From the human T2T-CHM13v2.0 reference genome, Homo sapiens, in NCBI RefSeq assembly GCF_009914755.1, contig NC_060934.1: DNA of 64,000 bases. One strand, 5' to 3'. The position numbers were made by a program, and so were the translations under genes. The notes beneath the pieces are model-generated. The model was not told the DNA's origin. It saw only the letters and a program-made list of their open reading frames with translations, and made no database searches. Shown in pieces: positions 30,145 to 43,121 of the stretch; the first letter of the stretch is position 1, and each line of letters starts with the position of its first letter.

Positions 30145-33100
30145 AGAAAAGCCATTTTTATGACAGTATATCTGAGGAGTTCATCAAGAGCATATACTTG
30201 TCTGGGATGATGTAATTGAGTTGGCACGTCCCTTAAGAGCTACAGTGCACGAGAACAGAAAGAATTCATTATTGCCAAAGATTTCTAGAGGACATGAATA
30301 TAAGCTTTTTCTTGAAATATGCATAGAATTTGATGTGAGAAACAAGGGGTAGAGATATTTAAAAAGAGAGTGATGGCAGTTAATAATCTTGGCATGTCCC
30401 CGCCATTGTGGAAGTATTAACTTAAGTGTTGTGGAAGGTGCCTTTTGGCCCACATCAGAAAAAAAAAAAAAAAGTTAGAAATAAAATTTTAGGTGAAATC
30501 AAATTCCTCCAGAGTTCAAGAAGGTAAACTGAGTGAAGAAGACTGGGGCTATAATGAGACAGAGTGGAAGAGACTATGGCATGGTAGAGACCATGGCCAA
30601 GGCTCAGTGAAAAAGAGGACACCACTAAGCTCCAGCCAATTCCCGTGAAAATTATGTTGGTCAAAACTCCACTGGCCACATAAAAATTCTTTGAGTCATA
30701 CCTAGTATGTAGACTACTAATTTTCAAACACTGCCGGACTGCAGAGGGTAAGGACTGCTAGAACTAAAACCTTTAGTTTTTATAAATATTTAAGATTGTA
30801 GGACAGAGCTGCAATGCCAAAAAAAAAAAGCATGTTTTAATCAAGCTACAAAATGCAAGATATGTATATGTAAACCATATTAAATGAAAGGGAATTGAGA
30901 GGGGTTACCAACTGCTATTAAAGTTTTTTCAAACTACGTTTTAAATGAAATACATCTTAAAACTCTATCTGTTGCTTAAACTGGAGTAAACAATTTACAA
31001 CAAAATTTTAGAAAAATTTATTGGCTCAAAATTTCTTTCAACTGTCTCATTTGCCTTTGAGACAAAAAACATGTAACTATATGGCAATTGTTCATTCTAA
31101 GAAGGTGGGAATTCTGGATACACACTTTCCAGTCTCGGCCTCATCAGATACTTGATGAATGAACCTGTATTTGCCATCACTGCCAGTTGCCAACAGTGGA
31201 TGCCACCAGGATATCTTGGTCAGATTCATTTATGTACCTGTTCTGTTTTGGTCCATGAGCCTGGCAAACAGTAAAACTAGGTGGGGGTTGGAGGTTTGCA
31301 ACAGCTGCTCTGGGGCCTGCTGATTCCTGAATTTTATAGCGTTCATAAATCACACAAAAATGTCTTATGTCCGTCCACTTCCAGTTTAGGTTTTTCCCCA
31401 ACGTAGTACAAAAGAACTGAAGTTGACACTAAGAGTATAATTTGTAAGCCTTCACAATACAGTCCAGAAGGTTTATTATTTATTTAAAAAGCTAATATAT
31501 TCTATATTCTCTATTAAGAATTCCTGACAGGAGGAGGAGCTTAGTAACAGGGATAAATGGGGTGGAATAAAGAATTTCACATGAAGATTACAATATTATG
31601 CTTCTATCTGGGTGAAATGTAGCATTCCAGATGTTGACTACATTTCACTAGAGTTTGTGAACAATATAAATTCCTGAGATATAATAGGTCAGCCCTGCTT
31701 CTTAATGCTGAGAAAACACTTAGAAGATCATCAAATTTTGAAAATGTACTAATGAGCTACAAAGTCTGATTAAAATCAAAGGTGCTATGTTCTAAAAACC
31801 TTCTTTGTGATTTAGATAAGTATGGCTTATATTTCATCATTTATGACAATACTTTAAGGCAAACTTTGCAAAGACGGAAAAGTCTTGGTAATAAACAACA
31901 ATTCACTATAGCTCCTCATAAAGTCATTTTCAGAAAGCAGGGTTAAATCCTGAAGACTGTATAAAAGAAAAGGAAACACAGAGAAAGACAGTCCACAGAT
32001 ATTACTGTTCACTTGCTAAAAAGTAAACTATTAAGGCCTCATAACACAAAACATGATATTTCCAATTATTTAATTTGGCAATTATTTATAACTAATAAGT
32101 CCAAGATGTGAAGCAGACGCAAACAACGATGAACATCTCCTGTTAGTAAATTCTGGAGGATAGAGTAGTGGGAAGTATCTTTCATAGACAATGTCTCCAT
32201 GGGAAAGAAAATTTTCACATTTTTCAGCTTTGGTTAAGATCAAACTGATCTAATTAGTTTTCTCATCTAATTTATTGCTCAGAATTCCTTTTAGTAAGGC
32301 ATGCTTTTCATAAATTTCAAAGAAGGCTATTTGGAGAATAGTTTGGAATTAGACATAAACAAAAATGGAAAGCTTTTTCAAAGATACACCAAAATTTTTC
32401 TGAGTAACTAAAATAACAAAATTGGGACATCATAAACTATACCGTTACGCTAATAATAAGATGCTGTTTATACATAATAACCCAGGATTATTTTATATTC
32501 ATTATATTTGGGATATAGGACATAATTTATCTAGAGAATTTTAATTAAAATTATATACAACTAATTAGAAGAAAACAGATTTTTTTCTCTTCTGAATGTG
32601 ATAATGTAGCCATATGGATTAGCTATCTAGAAAGGTTATTATAAATCAAAGAGGTATTAATAAACTTGCAATTAAGTGTTTAAATAACTTTGTTTCATTA
32701 TTTTCTGATCTCAGAGTGATTGCAAACAGTGGCATAAAACTGTAAACCTGGTACCTCAAACAGAATTATGATCATAAAGTATGCTCACAAGACTAACACG
32801 ATTATAAAACTGAGACAGAGGCAAAATATTAGTCCTCCTAGATTTTACCTAACCAATTCCTGATAGGAAATTTTTATTTGTCTAAAAAAAAAACCCCTGT
32901 TACATTCTTCTTTTACTTACATTCTATTCTCAGAAGGTAGAAAAAAATCAGGGACACAGAAAACTCTGTATGTGGTTTTGACCAACATGAAAGGAGTGCT
33001 TAAATTTAGTTAGGGAAGAGATACTGAATGACCAGAGCACAATCATCTTTTTAAACAAGTAAATATATTGCCATAACTTATTGAAAAAGTAACTACTATG

Positions 33101-34374
33101 TGCCCTATTGATACCGGTGACTTTGAGGAGTGGATATAGCAATATAAATTTAATAATATCAAGAGTTTTATCTTTCCTTACCACATTGTTAGCATTGCAT
33201 TATTTTAGAAATATTTCAAAGAGATAGTAAGAAAATTACATACCAAGATTCATCAATGATTTTGTTTATCAACTTGCTAGAAAAACAGCAAAACTGATCA
33301 TCAATTCCCTGCAAACCTTGCTAAGCTTGCCTTGCAGCATAGCACTTCAGACCTAGTCTCTAGTGAATATTATTCAACTGTTGGTTTGTTTCTCTTAATT
33401 CATTTCAAGGAGTGGCTTCAAATATAAAAGAAAAATTTAAAAAATGACTCATCTTTGTCCCTTCTACTCTTTTGGCTAAACAATGTGCATATCAAATTTC
33501 ATATTCCATATGCATAACATGAAAAATGATTCTCCAGGATCGATGACTTAAGGTTGGAATTTCAAATATTTTAGGAATCACAGATGCACCATCACCCTAG
33601 TGTGAGGAGGCAATAGTAAAAATTCTAACCTGAGGATTTCACAAATTCACAAAGGGTTTTCCCAGGAAGGAGTTCTGCTATCATGACTTATAAAAATAGT
33701 TGATTGTCCTCATTGTTTTTGAATCCATATGAATTCAGACACTTCTGTAAGTTTCTTGGAGAAAGGTTAACAATAGTGTTAAAATGCCATTTCACTGAGG
33801 GATTCAAGAACTAAGCATTTGCTGGCTGATTTTTCGAAAATACTAACCTGAGTGCTGCAACCAACACAAAAGAGTGGTTCCGCATTTCTTATGCAATCAA
33901 AGAAGATTATGTGCAAGAACAAATTGCTGTTTTGCAAACAGACTGCAGATGAAGGTAAGAGCATTTCTCTGGAAACGTAGGACAGACTTGCTGTGTTTAA
34001 GTAATGTAAACAAAAACTTAGGGATATCAATGATACAGTTAACAGAGGGTTTGGTGACTATCACATACTCGATACCATATCAGCCTAATTATATCTCCTA
34101 ATAGATAAGGCATTAATGAACATTCTAAGTGGTTTCTGACTAAGGCCTGTGGGTAATTTATATAACGCATATATTTATAGAAGACCTCTTTTCACCAATG
34201 AATATATTTACTTCTCAGTGATAAATTTCAAATCGCATAACCAAAGTGTGCAAGCACTGTATAGCAATGTATGTCAAAAGAAGCAACACAGACTAGAATC
34301 TTTCCCACATGTATGAATATTCGTAGCTATGTAGATTCAAATAAGAGAAATTGTGCAGCTGTTATTGGCAACTG

Positions 34375-34380
34375 ACTTAC
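34375..34380 (-). other. CTNNA3: 5' splice site of CTNNA3 exon
   Basis: Minus strand CTG|GTAAGT, a consensus donor. Confidence 0.92.
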
Positions 34381-34581
34381 CAGTACTTGTAAGGAAGTTA
34401 ACATTTCTCATTACACCTTCCGTGTAAGCCCCTGGCTCGTAACTGTCCATTTCACCCGTGACGATGTGAGCAACTCTTGCTGCCCGGCCTCTGATAGCAC
34501 CCGCAGCACGGTCTAAATTATCAGCATCCTGGTCTCTTAAGGCTATGATACACTTGTTGACATCTTCCAAGATATGGCTTT
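34381..34581 (-). CDS. CTNNA3: Internal coding exon of alpha-T-catenin (vinculin-family M domain), probably exon 12; 201 nt, phase 1-1
   Basis: Minus-strand translation (E)SHILEDVNKCIIALRDQDADNLDRAAGAIRGRAARVAHIVTGEMDSYEPGAYTEGVMRNVNFLTST matches alpha-catenin M-domain sequence of the CTNNA3 type. Acceptor ttacttacAG|AAAGCC at 34582/34581 and donor ACTG|GTAAGT at 34381/34380. Exon number is from recall. Confidence 0.95.
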
Positions 34582-34607
34582 CTGTAAGTAAATGAATCAA
34601 ATTAGTT
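34582..34607 (-). other. CTNNA3: 3' splice site of CTNNA3 exon with candidate branch point
   Basis: Minus strand reads AACTAAT TTGATTCATTTACTTACAG: a CTAAT branch-like motif about 20-25 nt upstream of CAG, with a short interrupted pyrimidine tract. Confidence 0.8.
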
Positions 34608-35249
34608 TTTGCGTGTGTCTGTGTTTAAAATCATACAAATCTAGCATATTATAATTATGTTAACTTCTGACTTCAGATAGAGTGCACATTGGAAATGGAA
34701 GACTTTGAGAATTATAAAAAAATTGGAGACATATTTTGCTTACATCCCTTTATTCTTTAATAGCAAAATCCATGAAATATAACATGTTACATTTTTAAGA
34801 GAAATTTGTATTGACTGCATATTATTTTAGATTCTAGTTCCAGTAGATTAGATTTTAGAGTGACATAGAGGTGGAAATTAAAGACAGTTTCTAGATTAAA
34901 ATGAAAACAAAATATGTGATGATGAAATTCTACATCGTGAATGAAAGCAATATTATACAGATTATAAAACTTATATATACATAAGTCTTTTAAAAGATGG
35001 ATTTAAACAAATGAATTCCAGAGAAAGTTGCCTACTCTGAAGAGTGTCTCCTGACCTCATCCTCTCCATTCTTTAGATGACTAGGCCATGAAGATAGCAG
35101 GAAGTTACTATAGCACAGTAATATTTTCTTTCTTCATAAAATGATTAATACTCCCAGCTAAAACTAATGAATGAAGATGCACAAATATGTGGAATATCAA
35201 CAAACATGGTCAATGATATTTCTAACAAATTGAAAGAATATTAAAAGAA

Positions 35250-35376
35250 TTAGTGTTCTGGCTTCTGGCTTTATCACATGAATCCCCACTTAATATCTTT
35301 AACGACTATTTCTTTAAAACACACACAGAAAACAATTATAACAATAAGATCTCAGTAATTCCAGAACATATCATTA
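35250..35376 (+). repeat. Inverted repeat, left arm (127 bp)
   Basis: Reverse complement of 35955-36081, with 4 mismatches by eye. Confidence 0.95.
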
Positions 35377-35556
35377 ATTCTCTTTCTCTCTTTTTTTGTC
35401 TCTCTCACTCTCTCTGTCTGTGTCTCTCTGTCTTTCTCTTTCCCAATCTGCTTGTGTATATGTGCTGACTATGTGTGTGTTTGCTACAAAAGACAATTAT
35501 TCTTCAGTTTTCTTTCAGAGTCACACTTCCCTCTTATCGTACAAAAAATAAAATCA

Positions 35557-35872
<316 letters not shown>

Positions 35873-35954
35873 TTAAATTAATTATATATAGTTAAAATTT
35901 AAATGTATTTATAAACATAACATTATTTAATCATATATGTATTCATATATTTCA

Positions 35955-36081
35955 TAATGATATGTTCCGGAATTACTGAGATCTTACTGTTATAATTGTT
36001 TTCTGTGTGTGTTTTAAAGAAATAGTCATTAAAGATATTAAGTGGGGATTCATGTGATAAAGCCAGAAGCCAAAACACTAA
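35955..36081 (-). repeat. Inverted repeat, right arm (127 bp)
   Basis: Reverse complement of 35250-35376; the ORF track shows the same peptide FWLLALSHESPLNIFNDYFFKTHTENNYN on opposite strands. Confidence 0.95.
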
Positions 36082-36084
36082 ATA

Positions 36085-36294
36085 TATCCTAAATATATAG
36101 GCACCCAATACAGGAGCACCCAGATTCATAAAGCAAGTCCTTAGAGACCTACAAAGAGACTTAGACTCCCACACAATAATAATGGGAGACTTTAACACCC
36201 CACTGTCAATATTAGACAGATCAATGAGACAGAAGGTTAACAAGGATATCCAGGACCTGAACTCAGCTCTGCAACAAGCAGACCTAAGAGACAT
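36085..36294 (+). mobile_element. Isolated internal L1PA ORF2 (endonuclease) fragment without poly-A or TSD
   Basis: Homologous to 39629-39832 ([16 protein letters not shown]...[11 protein letters not shown] region). Confidence 0.93.
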
Positions 36295-36679
36295 AATTTT
36301 TGAAAAAAGAAAATAAAGTCAAACTACCATTGAATATGGTCCCTGTTAACCTTCTGAGATCTGGCTTCTATTATTCTGTTATACATATTTTATGATTTCC
36401 AAAATCCTTCATGATCTTCCATGCCTCTGTCCTGTGGGCATATTAGAACCTTGGCCTGAACAGTCTGTCCCCTTTGACCTGCTTGCTCAACTCCTACTAT
36501 TCTTTCAAGCCACTAGGCAAATGTTCCTGCCTCAGGAAATGCATGCTGACCTCCTCATTCTCTACAACAAAACCAACTTTGTTCCATGTTGTTTAGGATT
36601 CACATAAAATGGTTTATGTGCCTCAATTAGAGATTCTACCTGTGTTTTAATTATTTACTTTTAAAAATATCTCTCTAGT

Positions 36680-36815
36680 AGAATTTGAAATATATCTGAG
36701 GGAAAGAATTTTATCTTATTCCTCGAGGTATTCTAAGTAGTACTTGTTATAATACTTGGCACTTGTTAGGCTAACAAGAATGCTTGTTGAATGAATGAAT
36801 GAATGAATGAATGAA
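36680..36815 (+). mobile_element. L2 3' end with (GAAT)n tail
   Basis: cttggcacttgttaggctaacaagaatgcttgttgaatgaatgaatgaat. Confidence 0.65.
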
Positions 36816-37189
36816 GCTCTCTTATAAGACATTCTTAAATCATGGGCTATGAACCTAAGTGAACACATATCTGTTATCTGAAATTAGATAAATTTAACCC
36901 ATATTAAGGACATTTAAAGTCACTTATATTAAAAATATTAAACACTGAAAACCTTCATTATAAATTAACTAGGGCTTTAACCTAATTTGCAGCATTCAGT
37001 TATGAATGTATCATTAAGCCCTACAGTAAATACAGTCATGGTCCAATCTCAACAGAAAGCATATGTATATTATCATATTTCCCCTGGAACAGAAGTATAG
37101 GTTGGACCTTAGAAGGTATAATAATCATCAATTTTTAAGAAGTCCACAGATGTACACTTTAATGACACATTAAGAAGCTACCATTTTCA

Positions 37190-38210
37190 CCTAACCAAGA
37201 TGGCCAAATAGGAGCAGCTCCGGTCTGCAGCTCCCAGTGTGATTGATGCAGAAGATGGATGATTTCTGCATTTCCAACTGAAGTACCTGGTTCATCTCAT
37301 TGGGACTGGTTGGACAGTGGGTGCAGCTCACAAGGGGTGAGCTGAAGCAGGACAGGGTGTTGCCTCACCCGGGAAGCACAAGGGGTCAGCGGATTTCCCT
37401 TTCCTAGCCAAGGGAAGCCATGACAGACTACCTGGAAAAACAGGGCACTCCCTGCCCAAATACTGCGCTTTTCCCAAGGTTTTAGCAACCAGCAGAAAAG
37501 GTGATTCTCTCCCGTGCCTGGCTCAGTGGGTCCCATGCCCATGGAGCCTTGCTCACTGCTAGTGCGGCAGTCTGAGATCGATCTGCGAGGCGGCAGCCTG
37601 GCTGGGGAAGGGGAATCTGCCATTGCTGAGGCTTCAGTAGATAAATACAGTGGCCAGGAAGCTCGAACTAGGTGGAGCCCACCGAGCTCAACAAGGCCTA
37701 CTGCCTCTAGACTCCATCTCTTGGGCAGGGCACAGCTGAACAAAAGGCAGAAGACAACTTTGGCAGGCATAAACGACTCTGTCAGACAGCTATGAAGAGA
37801 GCAGTGGTTCTCGTTCTCCCAGCATGGTGGTTGAGCTCTGAGAATGGACAGACTGCCTCCTTAAGTGGGTCCCTGACCTCTGTGTAGCCTAACTGGGAGA
37901 CACCTCCCAGTAGAGGCCATCAGACACCTCATATAGGCGGCTGCCCCTCTGGGATGAAGCTTCCAGAAGAAGGATCAGGCAGCAATATTTGCTGTTCTGC
38001 AGCCTCTGCTGGTGATACCCAGGCAAACAGGGTCTGTAGTAGAACTCCAGCAAACTCCAACAGACCTGCAGCTGAGGGACCTGATAGAAGGAAAACTAAC
38101 AAACAGAAAGAAGTAGCATCAACATCAACATCAACAAAAAGATCATCTACACCAAAACGCCATCTGTAGGTCACCAACATCAAAGACCAAAGGTAGATAA
38201 AACCACAAAG
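37190..38210. promoter_or_regulatory. L1 5'UTR (internal sense promoter and antisense promoter region)
   Basis: ~1.02 kb ahead of the ORF1 ATG. Promoter function is known for the L1PA family but not shown for this copy. Confidence 0.65.
37297..37623 (-). CDS. L1 ORF0-like antisense ORF, 108 aa, open
   Basis: MADSPSPARLPPRRSISDCRTSSEQGSMGMGPTEPG...WEKRSIWAG resembles L1 ORF0 (MAGAPPPASLPPCSLISDC...GVGPSEPG); ATG context GCAATGG. Expression unknown. Confidence 0.55.
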   Translation of the reverse strand: MADSPSPARLPPRRSISDCRTSSEQGSMGMGPTEPGTGENHLFCWLLKPWEKRSIWAGSALFFQVVCHGFPWLGKGNPLTPCASRVRQHPVLLQLTPCELHPLSNQSQ

Positions 38211-39236
38211 ATGGGAAGAAACCAGAGCAGAAAAGATGGAAATTCTAAAAATCAGAGCACCTCTTCTCCTCCAAAGGATCGCAACTCCTCACCAGCAATG
38301 GAACAAAGCTGGATGGAAAATGACTTTGATGAGTTGACAGAAGTAGGCTTCAGAAGTGTGGTAATAACAGACTTCTCTGAGCTAAAGGAGGATGTTTGAA
38401 CCCATTGCAAGGAAGCTAAAAACCTTGAAAAAAGATTAGATGAATGGCTAACTAGAATAAACAGTGTAGAGAAGATCTTCAATGACCTGATGGAGCTGAA
38501 AACCATGGCACAAGAACTTCATGACACATGCACAAGCTTCAATAGCAGATTCGATCAAGTGGAAGAAAGGGTATCAGTGATTGAAGATCAAATTAATGAA
38601 ATAAAGTGAGAAGACAAGGATAGACAAAAAAGAGTAAGAAGAAATGAACAAAGCCTCCAAGAAATATGGGACTATGTGAAAAGACCAAATCTATGTTTGA
38701 TTGGTGCACCTGAAAGTGATGGGAAGAATGGAACCCAGTTGGAAAACACTCTGCAGGATATTATTCAGGAGAACTTCCCCAACCTAGCAAGGCAGGCCAA
38801 CATTCAAATTCAGGAAATACAGAGAACACCACAAAGATACTCCTTGACAAGAGCAACCCCAAGACACATGATTGTCAGATTCACCAAGGTTGAAATTAAG
38901 GGAAAAGTGTTAACGGCAGCCAGAGAGAAAGGTTGAGTTACCCACAAAGGGAAGCCCATCAGACTAACAGCGGATCTCTTGGCAGAAACCCTACAAGCCA
39001 GAAGAGAGTAGGGGCCAATATTCAACATTCTTAAAGAAAGGAATTTTCAACCCAGAATTTCATATCCAGCCAAACTAAGCTTCATAAGTGAAGGAGAAAT
39101 AAAATCCTGTACAGACAAGCAAATGCTGAGAGATTTTGTCACCATCAGGCCTGCCTTACAAGAGCTCCTGAAGGAAGCATGAAACATGGAAAGAAACAAC
39201 TGGTACCAGCCACTGCAAAAACATGCCAAATTGTAA
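38211..39236 (+). pseudogene. L1 ORF1p remnant with premature stops
   Basis: MGRNQSRK... stops at 38397-38399; KRPNL...QENFPNLARQANIQIQE fragment further on. Confidence 0.93.
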
Positions 39237-39299
39237 AGACCATCGATGCTATGAAGAAACTGCATCAACTAACAGGCAAAATAGCCAGCGAACATCATA

Positions 39300-42200
39300 A
39301 TGACAGGATCAAATTCACACATAATAATACTAACCTTAAGTGCAAATGGGCTAAATACCCCAATTAAAAGACACAGAGTGGCATGTTGGATAAAGAGTCA
39401 AAACCCGTAAGTGTGCTGTATTCAGGAGACCCACCTCATGTGCAAAGATGCATATAGGCTCAAAATAAAGGGAGGGAGGAAGATCTACCAAGCAAATGCA
39501 AAACAAAAAAAAGCAGGGGTTGCAATCCTAGTCTCTGATAAAACACACTTTAAACCAACAAAGATCAAAAGAGATAAAGAAGGCCATTACATAATGGTAA
39601 AGGGATCAATTCAACAAGAAGAGCTAACTATCATATATGCACCCAACACAGGAGCACCCAGATTCATAAAGCAAGTCCTTAGAGACATACAAAAAGACTT
39701 AGACTCTCATACAATAATAATGGGAGACTTTAACACCCCACTGTCAATATTACACAGATCAATGAGACAGAAGTTTAACAAGGATATCCAGGACCTGAAC
39801 TCAGCTCTGCAACAGGCAGACCTAATAGACATCTACAGAACTCTCCATCCCAAATCAACAGAATATACATTATTTTCATCACCACATCGCATTTATTCTA
39901 AAATTGACCACATAATGGGAAGTAAAGTACTCCTTAGCAAATCTAAACGAAAAGAAATCACAACAAACTGTCTCTCAGACCACAGTGCCATCAAATTAGA
40001 ACTCAGGATTAAGAAACTTACTCCAAACAACACAACTACATGGAAAATGAACAACCTGCTCCTGAATGACTACTGGGTACATAACGAAATGAAGGAAGAA
40101 AAAAAGATGTTATTTGAAACCAATGAGAACAAAGACACAACATACCAGAATCTCTGGGACACATTTAAAGCAGTGTGTAGAGGGAAATTTTTAGCACTAA
40201 ATGCCCACAAGAGAAAGCAGGAAAGATCTAAAATTGACACCCTAACATCACAATTAAAAGAACTAGAGAAGCAAGAGCAAACACATTCAAAACCTAGCAG
40301 AAGGCAAGAAATAACTAAGATCAGAGCAGACCTGAAAGAGATAGAGACACAAAAACCCTTCAAAAAATCAATGAATCCAGGAGCTGGTTTTTTGAAAAGA
40401 TCAACAAAACTGATAGACTGCTAGCAAGACTAATAAAGAAGAAAAGAGAGAAGAATCAAATGAACGCAATAAAAATTGATAAAGGGGATATCACCACCGA
40501 TCCCACAGAAATACAAACTACCATCAGAGAATACTATAAACACCTCTATGCAAATAAACTAGAAAATCTAGAAGAAATGGATAAATTCCTCGACACATAT
40601 AACCTCCCAAGACTAAACCAGGAAGAAGTTGAATCTCTGAATAGATCAATAACAGGCTCTGAAATTGAGGCAAAAATTAATAGGCTACTAACCAAAAAAA
40701 GTCCAGGACCAGAAGGATTCACAGCCAAATTCTACCAGAGATACAAAGAGGAGCTGGTACCATTCCTTCTGAAACTATTCCAATCAACAGAAAAAAAGGG
40801 ATTCCTCCCTAACTCATTTTATGAGGCCAGCATCATCCTGATACCAAAGCCTGGCAGAGACACAACAAAAAAAGAGAATTTTAGATCAATATCCCTGATG
40901 AAGATTGATGTGAAAATCCTTAGTAAAAAACTGGCAAACTGAATCCAGCAGCACATCAAAAAGCTCATCCACCATGATCAAGTAGGCTTCATCCCTGGGA
41001 TGCAAGGCCGGTTCAACATATGCAAATCAGTAAACATAATCCATCACATAAACAAAATCAACAACAAAAAACACATGATTATCTCAATAGATGCAGAAAA
41101 GGCCTTTGACAAAATTCAACAGTGCTTCATGCTAAAAACTCTCAATAAACTAGGTATTGATGGGACATATCTCACAATAATAAGAGCTATTTATGACAAA
41201 CCCACAGCCCCCAATATCATACTGAATGGGCAAAAACTGGAAGCATTCCCTTTGGAAACTGGCACAAGACAAGGACGCCCTCACTCACCACTCCTACTCA
41301 ACATAGTGTTGGAAGTTCTGGCCAGGGCAATCAGGCAAGAGAAAGAAATAAAGGGTATTCAGTTAGGAAATGAGGAACTCAAATTGTCTGTGTTTGCATA
41401 TGAGATGATTGTACTTTTAGAAAACCCCATCATATCAGCCCAAAATATCCTTAAGCTGATAAGCAACTTCAGCAAAGTCTCAGGATACAAAATCAATGTG
41501 CAAAAATCACAAGCATTCCTATACACCATTAACAGACAAACAAAGAGCCAAATCATGAGTGAACTCCCATTCACAATTGCTTCAAAGAGAATAAAATACC
41601 TAGGAATCCAACTTACAAGGGAAGTGAAGGACCACTTCAAGGAGAGCTACAAACCACTGCTCAATGAAATAAAAGAGGACACAAATAATTGGAAGAACAT
41701 TCCATGCTCATGGATAGGAAGAATCAATATCGTGAAAATGGCCATACTGCCCAAGGTAATTTATAGATTCAATGCCACCCCCATCAAGCTACCAATGACT
41801 TTCTTCACAGAATTGGAGAAACACTACTTTAAAGTTCATATGGAACCAAAAAAGAGCCCACATTGCCAAGACAATCCTAAGCAAAAATAACAAAGCTGGA
41901 GGCATCATGCTACTTGACTTCAAACTATACTACAAGGCTACAGTAACCAAAACAGCATGATACTGGTACCAAAACAGATATATAGACCAATGGAACAGAA
42001 CAGAGGCTCAGAAATAATGCCACATATCTACAACCATCTGATCTTTGACAAACCTGACAAAAACAAGAAATGAGGAAAGGATTCCTTATTTAATAAATGG
42101 TGCTGGGAAAACTGGCTAGCCATATGTAGAAAGCTAACACTGGATCCCTTCCTTACACCTTGTACAAAAATTAATTCAAGATGGATTAAAGACTTAAATG

Positions 42201-43121
42201 TTAGACCTAAAACCATAAAAACCCTAGAAGAAAACCTAGGCAATACCATTCAGGACACAGGCATAGGCAAGGACTTCATGACTAAAACACCAAACACAAT
42301 GGCAACAAAAGTCAAAATAGACAAATGGGATCTAATTAAACTGAAGAGCTTCTGCACAGCAAAAGAAACTACCATCGGCGTGAACAGGCAACCTACAGAA
42401 TGGGAGAAAATTTTTGCAATCTACCTATCTGACAAAGGGCTAATATCCAGAATCTACAAAGAACTCAAACCAATTTACTAGAAAAAAAAACAAGTCCATC
42501 AAAAAGTGGGCAAAGGATATGAACAGACACTTCTCAAAAGAAGACATCTATGCAGTCAACAGACACATGAAAAAATGCTCGTCATTACTGGTCATCAGAG
42601 AACTGCAAATCAAAATCACAATGAGATACCATCTCATGCCAGTTAGAATGGCAGTCATTAAAAAGCCAGGAAACAACAGATGCTGGACAGGATGTGGAGA
42701 AACAGGAACACTTTTACACTGTTGGTGGGTGTGTAAATTGGTTCAACCATTGTGGAAGATATTGTGGCGATTCCTCAAGGATCTAGAACTAGAATTACCA
42801 TTTGACCCAGCAATCCCATTACCGGGTATATATACAAAGGATTATAAATCATGCTACAATAAAGACACATGCACACGTATGTTTATTGCTGCACTATTCA
42901 CAATAGCAAAGACTTGGAACCAACCTCAATGTCCAGCAATGATAGACTGGATTAAGAAAATGTGGCACATATACACCATGGAATACTATGCAGCCATAAA
43001 ACAGGATGAGTTCATGTCCTTTTCAGGGACATGGATGAAGCTGGAAACCATCATTCTGAGCAAACTATCACAAGGACAGAAAACCAAACACCGCATATTC
43101 TCACTCATTGGTGGGAACTGA
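39300..43121 (+). pseudogene. L1 ORF2p (endonuclease/RT) remnant with stops and frameshifts
   Basis: EN motifs [15 protein letters not shown] and SDH; RT catalytic FADD changed to FAYE; split into 337, 160, 296, 67 and 200 aa pieces. Confidence 0.95.

Noticed and set aside
34337-34600. 87-aa ORF as a standalone gene
   Set aside because: Only 34381-34581 is exonic; the flanking residues are intron read-through beyond clear splice sites.
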